Source: Caecitellus pseudoparvulus (Eukaryota; Protista; Bigyra: Bicosoecida). From it: a DNA stretch of 64,000 nt. The translations under genes were made by a program, and so were the position numbers. Under the pieces are notes generated by a model. The model was not told where the DNA came from, searched no databases, and saw only the letters and a program-made list of their open reading frames with translations. The stretch lies in assembly GCA_965644315.1 (NCBI GenBank), contig CBFFRQ010000093.1, positions 205,627 to 269,626 of the forward strand. The letters run 5' to 3'. This document shows positions 11,483-24,600 of the stretch, piece after piece; the first letter of the stretch is position 1, and every line of letters starts with the position of its first letter.

Positions 11483-14400
11483 CTACTGCGCATCCCCCAC
11501 CATGTACGCCAGTGACGTGGGGTCGTCGAATTCAATGTCCACGTTGGACAGCACCGGCACAGAGCCTGACGCAGCTGCAGCCACGGCAGCAGCCCCCGGC
11601 TCGCGCCCCGACGGCATGGGCAGGAAGGCCAGCCCGATGTCCTGGTTCACCGCATACGCGGCGCCTGGCTCCTGCAGCGCGCTGAGCGTGGTGGGGCTCA
11701 GGCTGCGACTGGGCAGGTCGTAGCCGTCGGCGGTCAAGATCTCCGCACAGCGCACGGTGACTGTGGAGGGCAGGGCCGGCCCACTGCCTGAGCGCGCCCT
11801 GGCATGGCCCGCCTCGGCGCCGGCAACCCTGCGCACCATGACGGCCTCGCCGGAGGTGAGGGGGGGGCACGCCACCTCCTTCAAGGGGCCCCCCACTGCG
11901 CCCAGCCCGAACCCCATGAGGCGGGGCAGCGGCACTGGGAGGGCGGAAGCCAGGGGGGCGATGTCCCCCCCCTCCCCCGCATCCCCCAGCAGGGCGCGTG
12001 AGGGGGGCCCCTCACCCCCCGCCGCCGCCCCTTCCCCCGCTGCCATCCACAGCTGCCGGGCCTCCATCACGGTGGCTGCGGAGGCGATGGCAGCGCCGGT
12101 GGTGGTGAGGGCCACCCCGTCAGCCCCCACCATGCCGCCGAAGTCGAAGCCGCCCTCGAAGCGCACTTCGTCTGGGTGGGGCGTGGACAGCGCCATGTTG
12201 ATGGCGGCAGCGGACGCCGCCACCACGACGCTGTTCTCAGTGGTTTCGTCCATGCGCCCCAGCACGAACAGCCGCGGGGCAGTGCCTGCCTCGGGCGCGC
12301 CCTCGCCCCCCTCCAGTCCGCCCTCGATCTCAAAGGGCTCGGGGGGCGTGGAGCCGCCGCCCTCGCCGTCGCTGGCATCCGCCGGGGGCAGCGCCTCGGA
12401 CGGCTTCAGCTCGGACAGCACGTCGCCTGCTGGGGCCTGCCCGGCAGGGGGCGAGACGGGCGTGGCGGCGGGGGCGACGCCGACCCCCCCTTCACCCCCT
12501 TCGCCCTCCTCCACCGGTGCTGGGGCAGCCTTGGCCAGCAGCCCATCGCCCAGGGCGCCGCCTCCGCCTGCACTGGGGCGGCTGGTCATGTGGGACCGCA
12601 GCACTGGCGCCAGGCCTGCCGCGACGATGTTCATCATGCTGACGCCGAGGGCCCCCGCTCGGGCGGCGGATGACTGCACGTCCATGAGGGCGCGAGAGGC
12701 GGTGATGGCCAACTCGAAGGGGGACACGGAGACGACGCTGGGCGGGGGAGGGGGGGGGCCTCCGGACACGAGCCCGCCCTCATCCCCGCCGCTGCCACCC
12801 CACTCGCTGCCTGACCCGCCGACAGCGCCCGAGCCCACCATGCCAGTGGCCATGGGGTCCAGGGCGCCGCCCAGCAGCCCCCCTCCCCCTCCACCGTGGG
12901 TGAGGGAGGACAGCGCGAGGGTGCCAAAGGCAGAGGCGACGCCCCCTGCGCCACCAGCGCCGACTCCACCCCGGCCCACCATGCCGCTGCCGCCCAGCGT
13001 GCGCAGGGAGCTGGAAGAGCCAAGGGAGCTGTCCAGGAGCAATTGCCCGGCAAAGAGGCCCGAGAGGGGCAGCGGTGCCGCCCGGGACGGCGTCGGTGGG
13101 CCCACTGCTCGGGGGCGCCCGGAGCTGCTCTCGCGCGCCGGTGGGGAGGAGTCCCCCCCCTCCCCTCCGATCGTCGCGTAGCCGTTCAGGTAGGAAGCGT
13201 AGGCATATGCATAGCCGGCATAGCCGCCACCGGCTGTCCCGCTGGAGCCGGAGGGCGCGCCTGCCCCAGATAGGGAGCGCTGCGGTGTCAGGGCGGAGTG
13301 GGGTGGCACCCCCTCCAGGCTCCCACTCCCCCCTGGCATGTGCAGATGGCTGGACGGCAGGGGTGTGGAGGAGGTGGAGGTGATGGGCCCACTGGCCGTC
13401 GTGGTGGATGCCGACGAGCCCACGGGGGCGTAGGGCATGACGGCGCTGAGGGAGTCTGAGCCGCCCCCCAGCCCGGCCAGCCCCCCCCCCCACCGAGCCA
13501 ACGCTGAGCGGGAGGGGGGGGCGCGCTTGCTCACCGTAACGGCCGCATCCCCCACCCCCTCCTCCTCCGTGGACATCACCTCGGAGATGTACGCGTCCTG
13601 CTTGGCCAGCAGCTGCCCGTACAGCACCAGGCGCTGCTGGTGTGAGACGAGGTTGTAGTGCGCAGCTGACTCGATGCCCCCCAGCCCCATGCCCAGCGTG
13701 AAGTCCACGCCGGCGCCCAGCTTACCCCCGATGGCCTGCCCCATGGCCCGGCCCAGGGCGGCGGCCTGCACCTCCTCCACGGCAGCAGGCGACAGCGGCT
13801 TGGCTGAGGGAGAGCGCGTGGGTGGCAGGGAGTCCTGCAGTCCCCACAGCGGGTTGTACGGCAACGCGGCGGCACTGCCACCAGCGCCGCCGTCACCCCC
13901 CTTGCCACGCCGCCGCCGCCGCCGGCTGCTGCCGGAGCCGGAACCGGCGGTGGACGGCGCTGGTGCAGGGGCCGGTGCGGGTGTCGATGTGGAGGAATCT
14001 TTCTTCTTCTTCTTTCCGCCTCGGCGCTTGCGCTTGCCGCCGCCGCCGCCGCCGCTGTTACCGCCACTGGCACCAGCAGTGGAGGAGGGTGTACCAGCCT
14101 TGGTGCTGGCGGTGTCCTCAGCCCAGGGCAGGGGGAGGAGGCCGGGCAGGGTGTAGTGGGGGATGGGTCCGGCAGCAGGGGAGTCGGGGGAGGGTGAGGT
14201 GCCCCCCCCTGAGGAACCAGCTGCGCCGGGGATGGCTGTGCTGGCAGCCGCGACGGAGCCGAGGGCTGAGAGGGGGGCGGTGTCCCCCCCTCCCTCCGTG
14301 GATGTGGCCCCCTCCTCCGCCTTGGCATCCATGAGGACTTGCACGGGGAAGGGCAGCGGCACCACCACAGTCACGGGCTGGTCGTGGCCAGGGGGGGGTG

Positions 14401-16369
14401 CATCGGGGTTCACGGGAGGAGGGGGATCATCCCCCTCCGCTGGGGGGGGCGCTGACCACGGCCACGCGCCCATCGGCACCGTGCACAGCAGCGGGCCCCG
14501 GACTGGCAGGCGCACCTGCACTGGTGTTGTGATGGTGGAAGGCGGGATGCCGCCGCCGCCACCCCCGGCAGTGCCGCCACCCCCGATCCCCGTCAGCAGC
14601 GCAGCGTCAGAGGTTGCAGCGGCGCTGGCGGAGCCAGTGCCAGCACCACCAGTGGCGGTGCCGCTGGACCTGCCTGTCCCCTCCGTGTCCGCTCCTGCCG
14701 AGGTGGAGGTGGTGTCTGGCGCCGGCAGGGCGGGCGGTGGCGCCACCGTCATGGACGTGGCTGGGTTGTGTGCATCGAAGCCGATGCCCACGAGCAGGCT
14801 GCCCGTCATGCGAGGGGGGGAGGCCAGGGCGCCTGAGCCCCCCTCCCCTCCCGGCTTCACCATGGACACGCCCTCCCTACCTGTGACCAGTCGGATGTCC
14901 GCCAGGGCGGGGTCGTCGTGGCGCCAGCCCATGAGGCTCCAGCCAGCCAGGGCCCGGTCCAGCCCAGAGCCAGCGGCCACCACGGCAGCAGCGGCGGCGG
15001 CGGTGGCGGCGGGGTGTGAGCCTGGCACGGTGGGTGTAGCAGCGCCCGCCACGGCGGTGCCTGAGGGGGGTGGCAGGGGCGCGTCGCCTCCCCGCGCAAG
15101 CAGGCGCCCAGACAGGGACGCCAAGTCGGAGTTGTTGCCTGGCACCAGCAGCATCTTGCCCTTGGAGATGGAGAGGAGGCAGGGGCCCAGCGCGCCCGGG
15201 TGGCCGGTGTCCAGCCACGCTGCCCGGCGGTAGGCCCGGCCCAGGGACACGAGGAGGGAGGGCGAGGCCAGGGCAGAGGCCATCATGTTGCGCAGGGCGG
15301 CTGGGTCGGCGGTGGTGGTGGGCGGGGCGGGGCTGCCGTCGCCGCCCCCCGGCAAACCCGAGCGCAGGGCGGAGATGAGAGAGGCCACCGCCACCTCCAC
15401 GTACTTCTGGCCGAACACGGAACACATGACCTGTGTGCGCAGGGCCTCGTTCACGGCGGCGTCCATGGACATGAAGTCGCTGCCGCTCACCAAGTCGCTG
15501 GGGGAGGGGGGGTACCCGCCACTGCCAGCTGGCGGCGTGCCGGGCCCAGAGGGGGTGGGGGACCCCGACCCGTACAGACCAGCTGCGCCGACGCCCAGGT
15601 CGGAGATGTTGATGTGCCCCATCAAGCGCTTGACGAGGTTCATGGCGTGCCCCATCAACGCGCCAGGGTGCATCAGCAGCAGGATGCCCGACGCCGTGAC
15701 GCCGTCACACCCAGACAAGTCGATGCTGCGCAGTTTGTGGCAGTGCAGCGCCACATGGGCAATGCCCTCGTCTGTCACCAGTGGGTTTCGTGCCAGGGAC
15801 AGGTGCTCCAGCGTGCCGCCCACGTGGGACGCCAGGATGCCGACTAAGGTGTTGTTCAGGAGGATGGAGGAGAGGTCCAAATACCGCAGTTGTGTCAGCC
15901 GAGACAAGCAGCTGGACAGTAGCAGCACGGCGGAGGGGCCTTGCTCGAAGCTGTGCAGGGAAAGGGGGCAGCACATGCGAGGGGGCGCTGCAGGAATCAG
16001 CCCCGCTGCGGCGAGGCCACGGCGTGGCAGGCAGTAGCAGCCACAGGCGCTGAAACGAGGCAGCGTACGCACGCTCGTTCAAGGCCCGCATAGCCCAGCG
16101 TGAGGGCATCCACGTCAGGACCCAACTTGGACAACTCCAACAAAAGAGTGCCTGTGCGGACAGCAGCAGGGTGGTGAGGGGAGGGGAGGGGTGTTCCCGC
16201 CCGTTGCCACGGCAGTGCCGCAGTCTGGCCATGCCACCTGCTGACAGCGCGACACACCTTCATCCACGCTGGCCTTCTCCCCTATAACCACGTGCTTCTT
16301 GTAGGGCAGGGAAGGACGGGGCCCTGCAGAGCCCCGCTTGGGCAGGACAAGGCTGCGAGGCGCTTCCAT
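11483..16369 (-). CDS. Cys-containing (FBXL/AMN1-type) LRR protein with a very long low-complexity C-terminal region
   Basis: In-phase splicing gives MEAPRS...SVDEG|TLLLELSKLG...GLERA|FEQGPS...LTQLRYLDLSS...LEHLSLARNPLVTDEGIAHVALHCHKLRSIDLSGCDGVT, followed by more than 1300 aa rich in G/A/S/P with basic clusters (KRKRRGGKKKKK, RRRRRR). Confidence 0.7.
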
Positions 16370-16534
16370 CCTGCACGCGCTGGCACCGGTGTGGCGTTTC
16401 ACCTCCGCCCTCACTGGCTTGCCGCCGCGTCAGTCCTGAGCGTGCCTCGAGCAGGGAACGCGCGAAAACGCCCATGCAGTGTAAAGCTTGCGAGCACCGC
16501 GTGGCATGCACGTCGAGGGACCTGTGAGTGTGAA

Positions 16535-18700
16535 TTATTCCGGCAGCGCATCTGCCGGGGCGTGCTGCTGCTGGCTGGCCTTCCCATCCCCGCAGCAACC
16601 ACTGCGCTCCAAGCCCTCCCCTGCCGCACACGCAACCTCCTGCGTCAACACATGCCACTGCACGGGACCCTGACCTTGCCTCAGACTCTTGGGCAGGTCG
16701 GGGTGCAGCTGCCAGCCGGCCAGCAGGTTCCACGGCCCCTGCCCCACGCGCCAAACTGCCTGACTCGGAGTGGGGGCAGCGGCCTCTCCCCCCAGTAGCT
16801 GCAAGACAGCCCCGGGGCACTGCAGCAACAGCCTCAAAAAGTGCTGCTCAGATGGAGACAAATCCCAAGGTTCTGGCACCGCTTCCCAGCGCATGAGCGC
16901 TCGAGGCGCGCTTGGAAACACACCCCAATGCCACAGCCCGCCGCGCTCTCGTCGAAGCGCAATGCCACGCTCAAAGTCCACGAAGACTGCCCCCCCAGGC
17001 AGCTCCTCAGGCAAGGTCAGAAACGCCGGGGTGGAGGCGAGGAAAGAACACACTCTGCGGGAGAAGGCCACTGGCCAGCGCTCTGCAAGGCCAGACAAGA
17101 CTTCGCTTACGCTGCGTGCGCTCGCCTCAACAGCGCAACGCAAAGCACGCCATAGCGCAGCGTGCTGGTGTCGCCAAACCGTGAGAAAGCGAGGTGACAG
17201 CATCTCAACAAAATTGTAAATGGTGCCACCGCCTGGCTTGACCTCCCGGGCGAGGGGCAGGCGCGAGCACCAGACGATTGATGTGTTCGGCAGCGGCAAA
17301 CCCCCCTCGGCTTGTGCACGCACACACACCCTGCCCTGGGCATCAAGTGTACGGCTGGCTGCAGCATGCACCGCAGTGGCCTGCACAAGCGTGCTGCCAT
17401 CTTCCCATGCAACGGCCTGGGGCGTGCGACAAGGCCTGCGTGAGCTCAGACCTTCGTGGACCTGCCACGGTGAAAACGCAGGCAGTGCAGCCACATGGGG
17501 AGCCCAGCCCCCGCCTGATGCATCGGCCAGGCTACAGAGGGGCATGCTTACATCACTCCCGCCGCCTGTCCAGGCACCAGGCATCCAGGGCACGGCCTCC
17601 GCACTGTGCCAACCTGCGCCTGCCGGCACGACAGCTGCCCGCATGGCGGCAACACACTCGGGGCACTCCAGCATGGCCGCACGATGCGCCGCGGAGCACA
17701 GCTCGACACCGCCACACTGTGCATATGTGCTACACGCTACTGGCAGCTCTTGAGCGGGTGCATCGCCTCGCTCTGGGCTGAGCAGGCGCACGTGAGCGGG
17801 GGGAAGGAGCGAAGGAGCGTGTGGGCGAAAACACCGCCTCCACACCTCCCACTCGATGTGGCAGCCAGACAGTGGGCGCCCACTGTACTGTGCGACAGAC
17901 ATGACTCCCAGAGTGTGGTGTCCAGGCGGGTGGGGCATTTCCAGCCCGTGCCCTAGCGCCTCGTGATACGCGACGCACGCTGACCCGGGCAGTTCCGCTG
18001 CGCGGAGCACCTCCTGTGTCACCAGCGCCCGGCAGACGGTCATGGGTTCCGAGTCGCGGGCAGAACTCCACCCCTCACATTCCACCAAGGCCTGGGCGGT
18101 GTGCCGTGGGCACACTGAGAAGGGGGCGCCCTGGCACGCGGCCCCGTCTGTGCGACCAATGTGCGACAAGCTCATCCCCGCAGCTGCCGCCTGCTTGCCC
18201 ACGTAGACATGGGAAAGGTCTGGAACAAAGTGCCCTGCATCTTGCCGTGCTGTGCGGACGTCTGCCGGGGGTGGCGCCCCGACTTGACTGCGACCCCAAT
18301 CCGCCAGTGCCAGCAGCACGACATGCTGCGGCGGCATTTGAGCGGCAGGGTCACTCCGGGCAACGCAGGGGGGCGCTGCCGTGTCCCCATCTGTCACCAG
18401 CCAGGCTGTACAGGCGTCGACGAGCGGGTCGAAGAATTCCCTTGCCTCAACCTGCGCACAGAGCGTGTGAGCCGTGGGGTGTGTGCCAGGCTCACGTCAA
18501 GTGAAGGGCGCAGGCCAGTCCTCACGCTGCCTAGGTCGAAGTCGCATTGGGATTGCCGCAGGCGAAGAGGCCCATACAATGACCAGGTCAACTTAGATCT
18601 GGTTGGCAAACAGGGCAGTGCGGTCGTGCAGAAGAAAGGCAAGCATCGCGGGCGTTTGCAAGCCTCACTGCTGAAACGCTGACTGATGAAACTCCGCCAT
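16535..18700 (-). CDS. Hypothetical protein (3 exons), no recognised family
   Basis: 620-aa open frame extended by two in-phase upstream exons (MAEFHQSAFQ|QSKLTWSLYG...DLGS|VEAREFFDPLVDACTAWLVTDG...) with GT-AG boundaries. Confidence 0.55.
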
Positions 18701-19083
18701 GGTGCGTAGCAGCTTGACTGCCGCGCCTTGCCAGGGGGACCACTCTGGGGCATCCAAACAGTGTGCATATACCGCGACCACGTGCATGTGGGCTGCTGGG
18801 GTGCCGGAATCGTGAAGGACAGGCCCCTCCCCGTGCCGGGGCATCTCAGCTCCATGTGCGGCAGCTGCTGAACCCGACATGTTTCACGCTGCCCAGGCAG
18901 CAAGAGACGGGCAGAAGACTCCCACCCACCACAACCTGCCCAGCATCCGTTGAGTGTGCTTCACATTTGCTGCTGCGGCAAGTGTGTCTAGACCCACGTG
19001 CCTCCCCTTGCCACTCGCTTCAATCCGACAGAGCACGCCAGGCGCTCAGCTCACACCTGCGCCCGCCATTTGTGCTGTTGGGC

Positions 19084-21556
19084 ATGGCGGGAGCACCGCG
19101 GAGGAAGCAGGCGGGTTCATGCTGCTCAGCCAGGGCGTTTCTCTTCATTGCCGTCCTTGCGTTTCTTCTAGGGACAGCTTGGGTCTTCAGCCAGTGGAGT
19201 TCGCTGCAGGTTGGAAGAAGCCAGCCGCTTATCGCCGCATGGCTGCACTGCAGCACACCCCCGCTGGCGCCTTGACCCTCAGGATTCAGTGCAGAACTCC
19301 CTTCGAGTAAATGCGCCAGGGCGTATCTTGGATTCCTGGGTGCGTTTTCTTGGTGCTGCGCTTGAGGGCACATAGGTGTTTTTCTGGCGTTTCACGAGAT
19401 GGCTTCGCCGCTTGCCTGCGCAGCGCTCCAGCAACCCTAGCCCAAAGAGGGCAGCTGCACCGCTGCCCTCACCTTCCCCAACATCCCTACCATCGAGCCA
19501 TCAGCACACACACTGGGAGGTTGGCGAGGAAGGGCATGGACTGAGCACAGACGTGGCTGTCAGCGAAACGCTTGAGTCTGTCCGACAGCGCTTTGCAGCT
19601 GCAGGAGCCAGCCTCTTTGCTGTGCACGAGCGCCCCGGCGAAAAGGTGGGAACATTGCTAGACTTCATTGGACTGTCCGTCTCGCCGGCCCAGCTGCACG
19701 CCAAAGCAGCCCACGCGCCTCCAACGGCAGCGCTGTGCCAGGCTGCTCTGGCTCCGGGTGTGGCGCAGCCCGGCGGAGTGGGCGCAGTGCACCTTGCAGC
19801 GCTGATCGGCGCGCCCAAGGCGCCTGCCGCAGCCCCCACCATACAGTTGAGCGACGTGGAGGTGTTGCCCGCCACGCCCCTCCTCATTGCAGCATCAGTG
19901 ACCCGGCGCCAGGACGTAGCTGGCCTTGGCACTGCCCTTGCAGGAGTGCAGCTGCCCACGCCAGGCATGCTCACCAGCACACCCCTGACGGTACTTCTGC
20001 TCCTCCCGCCGAACGCACCCACCTTATCTGCAGCAGCTGCTGCAGTGGTCCAGACCGTTCTGCCTCACGGCACAGTGACCACCCTGGTCACCGCCGCCCC
20101 GCCGTCGCCAGAGCAGCCCTTCCCCCTCCTGCACGCTGCAGTGCAAGCCACGAGCTCCGGCACCATTCTCCTGCTACCGACACTGTCTGGCCTCACCTGC
20201 CGCGTCGCACTCCTCGCTCGAGTCGCAGCCCAGGCGGGTCGGCAGGCTCTCCTGGTGACGGACGGACCGGTCGGGGTGCCCCTGGCCCTGGCAGCTGCAG
20301 CCGTGGACATGCACGCAGCTGCGGGTGCCGCAGCTCGCCAGGCTGCCCCCAGCACCGGCTTGGCGGGAATCCACCGCTTGCTGGAGGACGCCGTGGGGCT
20401 GGCCACGTTCCGTGAGCCGCTGCGGCTGCACCAGGCGCTGCCATCGCCGCAGGAGGAAGCCTTCGACTGCGATGCCCCCGCGGTGAAGGTGCATGTGTAT
20501 GCCATGCCGTCGAACTTCACAGCTGAGCCGTTGGAGCGCGCAGGTGACGCGTGCACGACGTCAGTGCATGGAGCGGAGGTGTGGGCCCACCGACTGCTCC
20601 AGCGCAGTGCTGCAGCGACGCCCAATGGCCACGAAGCCGACTGGCATTTCGTGCCCATGTACGGCCACTGCACCACACTGGCACAGAGGGAGGTCGCCAC
20701 GCCGGCCTACATGGCTGCCTGGTACAGCCGCGCCATCCAGTGGCTGCGCCAGGCGCAACCCTTCTTCTCCGCTTCCGCTGGGCGGGACCACGTCTGGGCC
20801 TTCGCACAGGGGGATGGCGCGCTGGTCATGGGGGACGCCTCGCCTGCTGCACCGGGGGTATTCCTCACACACAACAGCGACGTGGGAGGCAGGGGGTATG
20901 CCCCCGGCAAGGACTTACCCCTGCCACCGTACTTGGCGGGCAAGCTGACGCCAGTGTGGGAAGGGCTGGATGCCACCGACACCCACGCACTCATCCACCG
21001 CCGGCGCTCCCACCTTGCTCTCTTCGTGGGCGACGCCCGGCCGTGCCAAGGCTGTATGGATCCCAGCTGTTGCCGGGACAACGGCCTGCGTGAGGCCCTT
21101 GCCTCCCTCCTGCAGAAAGACTCAGACACAGCGTACGCGAGCACACTGGAGGAGCTGCCGCCGGGAACGGTGCAAGACACCGACTTCTGCGTGGCGCCGC
21201 CAGGCAGACACGCTTGGACCCCGCGCCCGGTGGCTGCGATCTTGGCCGGCTGCATCCCGGTCGTGTTCGGCTCGGACGTGGACCTGCCGTGGGGTGACGT
21301 GGTGGACTGGGAGGCGATGGTTGTGCAGGTGAGCCCTGCGCAAGTGTTCCACACGGCCAACATTCTGCGTGCCATTCCCCAGGCTGAACGAGTGGCCAGG
21401 CGGCAGGCCATGGCTGCTGCCTGGCACCGTCTCGCATGGCACAGCTCTCAGCCTCAAGCCGGGGATGCCTTCTGCACTCTGCTGCAAGAGCTGCAGGCCA
21501 AGGCGCACATGCGCGGGGCAGCCCGTAGCGCCTTTGGCCACCAACCTGCAGGGTGA
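19084..21556 (+). CDS. Exostosin-family (GT47) glycosyltransferase, type II membrane protein
   Basis: N-terminal TM anchor (AFLFIAVLAFLLGTAWVFS). C-terminal GT47 motifs KVHVYAMPSNF, EADWHFVPMY, GRDHVWAF, KDLPLPP, DFCVAPPG...TPR..AILAGCIPVV...LPWGDVVDW. Internal 5' exon boundaries not fully resolved. Confidence 0.85.
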
Positions 21557-21678
21557 CACTTTGTGTGAGTGGGGTGCGTGAGGTGTGTGTGCTTGAACAT
21601 TATCCCCGTGGCCGTGGTGGCACTGACAAATGTATTGTTCCATGCGTTGCCGTGGCTGCATGTAGAGCCACGCGCGGG

Positions 21679-24600
21679 TCACTCCTCGCTCACTTCCTCC
21701 AGCCAAGCCGGCCCGCCGTCCCCTGCAGCTTCGGTTGCAACATCGGCAGCGGCGGAAACTGAGGCAGAGTTCAGATCCATGACATCCTCCCACACACTGC
21801 GACGCTTTCGAAGAGCGCCACGGACCATCGTAGCCGCTCGCAGTGCAGCCCACCGAGAGCTGGGGCCACGCTGACCGTCGCGGCTGTGCGGGGATTGCGG
21901 GTACAAACTCGCACGGTGCTGCCGAAGCGCCCGGGTCGCCAACAACGCCACGGTCATGGGCACACCTCCAACTCCGTCTGTCTGAGGACGGCGTCTTTCG
22001 CCATCGTTCCCAAGTGTCTTCCGACGCATCGTTGCGACTGCATGCGCGACGTCCATCCCAACGAGTCGGTTCTGGCGGAAGGATCGAAGGCGGTCTCGGA
22101 ACGCTGGCGTGCGCTTTCGGCGGCGCTGCAGCATGTGGCGGTCTTCCATCGCAGTGGTGGGCCTCGCTTGGCTTGGCTGCCCGGCTGCATGCTCCGGGTC
22201 GCCCTCGCCATCCCTGGCGTCGCTGTCGGTGCTGCTGCCTTCCTCGGCGCTGCCGTCGCTGAAGCTACGACCTTCGACGTCGGCGGCAGCCTCATCCACC
22301 CAGAGAGGATTCTGGGCCATGCTTCTCGGCATTGAGGGGGAGTGCAGGAGTTTCTGTCGATTGGATGGCGAGAGCATGCCGTGCCTTGTGCCCGACGCTT
22401 GGTTGAGACTTGCACGCCGTGGCTGCCCCACGCCGCGGGCTCGTGGGCGAGCGCCTCCCCCTCCAGCGGACATGGACAGCCGCCCAGAGAGGAGGGACTG
22501 AGCGAGTTGCCGTGCCATCGCATCCTTCGCCCGTGGTTCCAAGTCGAACCCTCCCATGAGGCTGTCCATGAAGGGCCGGGATGCAAAGAGCGTGCGGCGG
22601 CTGGGCTCCCGCCGGGCCTGCTTGCGCAGGACTTCGTACTCCGAGTCCTCCCACTCTTGGTCAGAATCTGTGTCTGAGTCACTCTCAAGGCCTGTCAGCT
22701 TCAGCGTTTCGGCAGTGGTTTCCAGCTGGAAGTGGGAGAAGGAGTGCTTCACGACCACCCTGGCCTTGCGCCCAAAGCGCTCGTAGATGAACCACTCCAG
22801 GTCTCTGGCCATGACCAACGAGGCAGAGTCCAGGGCAGACAGCTTCAACTCAGCCCGTGTGCGGTACGGCGTGCCGTCAGAGGTCACCTTGATGATTTGT
22901 TGGCGGTCTGAAGGGGACAGCAGGAGGCCGTCATCGTGGCGAAAGTACCAGACGAAGGCGTTGAAGATGATGGCGATGAGGACATTCACCCCAATGAGCA
23001 CAATGACGATGTAGAACAGCGTGAAGTACGCCCAGGCTGCGCCGAACGAAACCGCAGCGCCCATCCCCCCCACCATCACGAAGAAATTGTTCACCACCGT
23101 GAACGTCAGGCAGACTAGCATCGCCCGTGGCAAGGTATCGAAATTCAGGCCCCACCAGGCAGCCGCCACGTATGGGTTCTCTGGGTGGGCCTCCTCCAAG
23201 TCCTCCTGCGCCATGCTGCCAGCCCAGACGTCCATGCCCACCATGCCGAACGAGTAGAACATGAGCAGGAGGAGTGCAAAGACTCCTGACAAGACAGGTA
23301 GCATGTTCCCCACCGTGGAGAACACGCGCCTGTACGACCGCAGGGCTCGCAGCAGCCGCAGCAGGCGAAAGACGCGGCTGGCAGAGGCCACACTCGCAGG
23401 GCTCTCGCCGGCAGACAGCTCTGAGACAGCGCCGTCCACGGCCCCCGTCGGAGCATCCACCGCGACGATGACTTCTGCAAGGACAGAGGCAGTGATGAGG
23501 ATGAGGTCGAGCTTGTTGGCAACAGACTGTCGCCAGAAGTCGCCAACGCCGTACGCGAACATTTTCATGCTCAACTCAAGCACGAACAGAGCCAAGAAGC
23601 AGAATTGTGCAATGCCAATGGCGGCAAGCTCTGGCGAGGAGCGGGGCACTCCTTCTTCTTCCAGAACCACTTCAAGCACTACAAGGACCACGTTCAGCGC
23701 CACAAGCACGTTGAAAATGAGCTCAGAAACCACCCAGTCGTGGACTTGGTAGTCCAGAATGCTCTGCATCCAAAGCGAGGCGTTGAACACCCGCCTTCTG
23801 CAAGTTGTCCGGGCGTGGCGACTGCACCCGCAGCAGGTGGCGCAGCATGCAGTCTCGTCAGCACAGCATCCAAAGCAGACGCTTTGCTCCTCAGAAAATA
23901 TGTCAGCCTCGTCCTCTTCTTCAGAGGCCTCAGTCTCGACGAGGCCGGCAGCTGGGAGCGAAACCTGGGCTGCAGTTCGAAGAGACGGAGCACCTGACGC
24001 TGCCACTTCAGGGGTCGCAGGCGCCGAAGCATGCGGAGTAGCAACTGCCTCCGTCGTGCTCGGCGTGGTACTGGCGACGTGCACCGCGCTAGAAGGCTTG
24101 ACTGGGACCGGGCTGGAGCTGGCAGGCAGGTGCGAGCCTTGCGCTTCAGGGGCGGCGTCCCTTGACTCGGATCCAGTGCCAGTGTCAGCGTCGCCCTCTG
24201 CAGCAAAGGGGGCTGTGTCAGAGGGGGCCTTGGGCTCCCCAAGCCCCATCTGCCCTGCCTGCTGCCTGGCCATGTGCTCCACCTCCAGAATGTATGCGGT
24301 GGACAGGCCGCGGAAGCGCTTGGACGACACGTCGATGTTGTACTTGAAGTACAGCATGGAGTGCTGAAACTCATCAAAAGTGACGTCCCCCGTCGCGTGC
24401 TCCTCGTCGAATGAATCCACATACTCAAACAGCATGTCCCCCACTCCCGACTTCACCCACTCTGGCCGAAGCTCGCCCACCAGCTTGCCCCATGTGCCCC
24501 GTGAAATGCCTGTGGTGGCATCTGGTACGAGAAGGTCATATGCCTTGCTGTAAGCAGTCCTGGTCCTGCGAATGGCCCGGCGCACAGCAGCTTCGGTAGC

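Noticed and set aside
136-16037. Numerous long overlapping antisense or alternate-frame ORFs (e.g. 136-1332, 4157-5236, 11757-13181)
   Set aside because: Expected stop-codon scarcity in high-GC coding DNA, with no family motifs.
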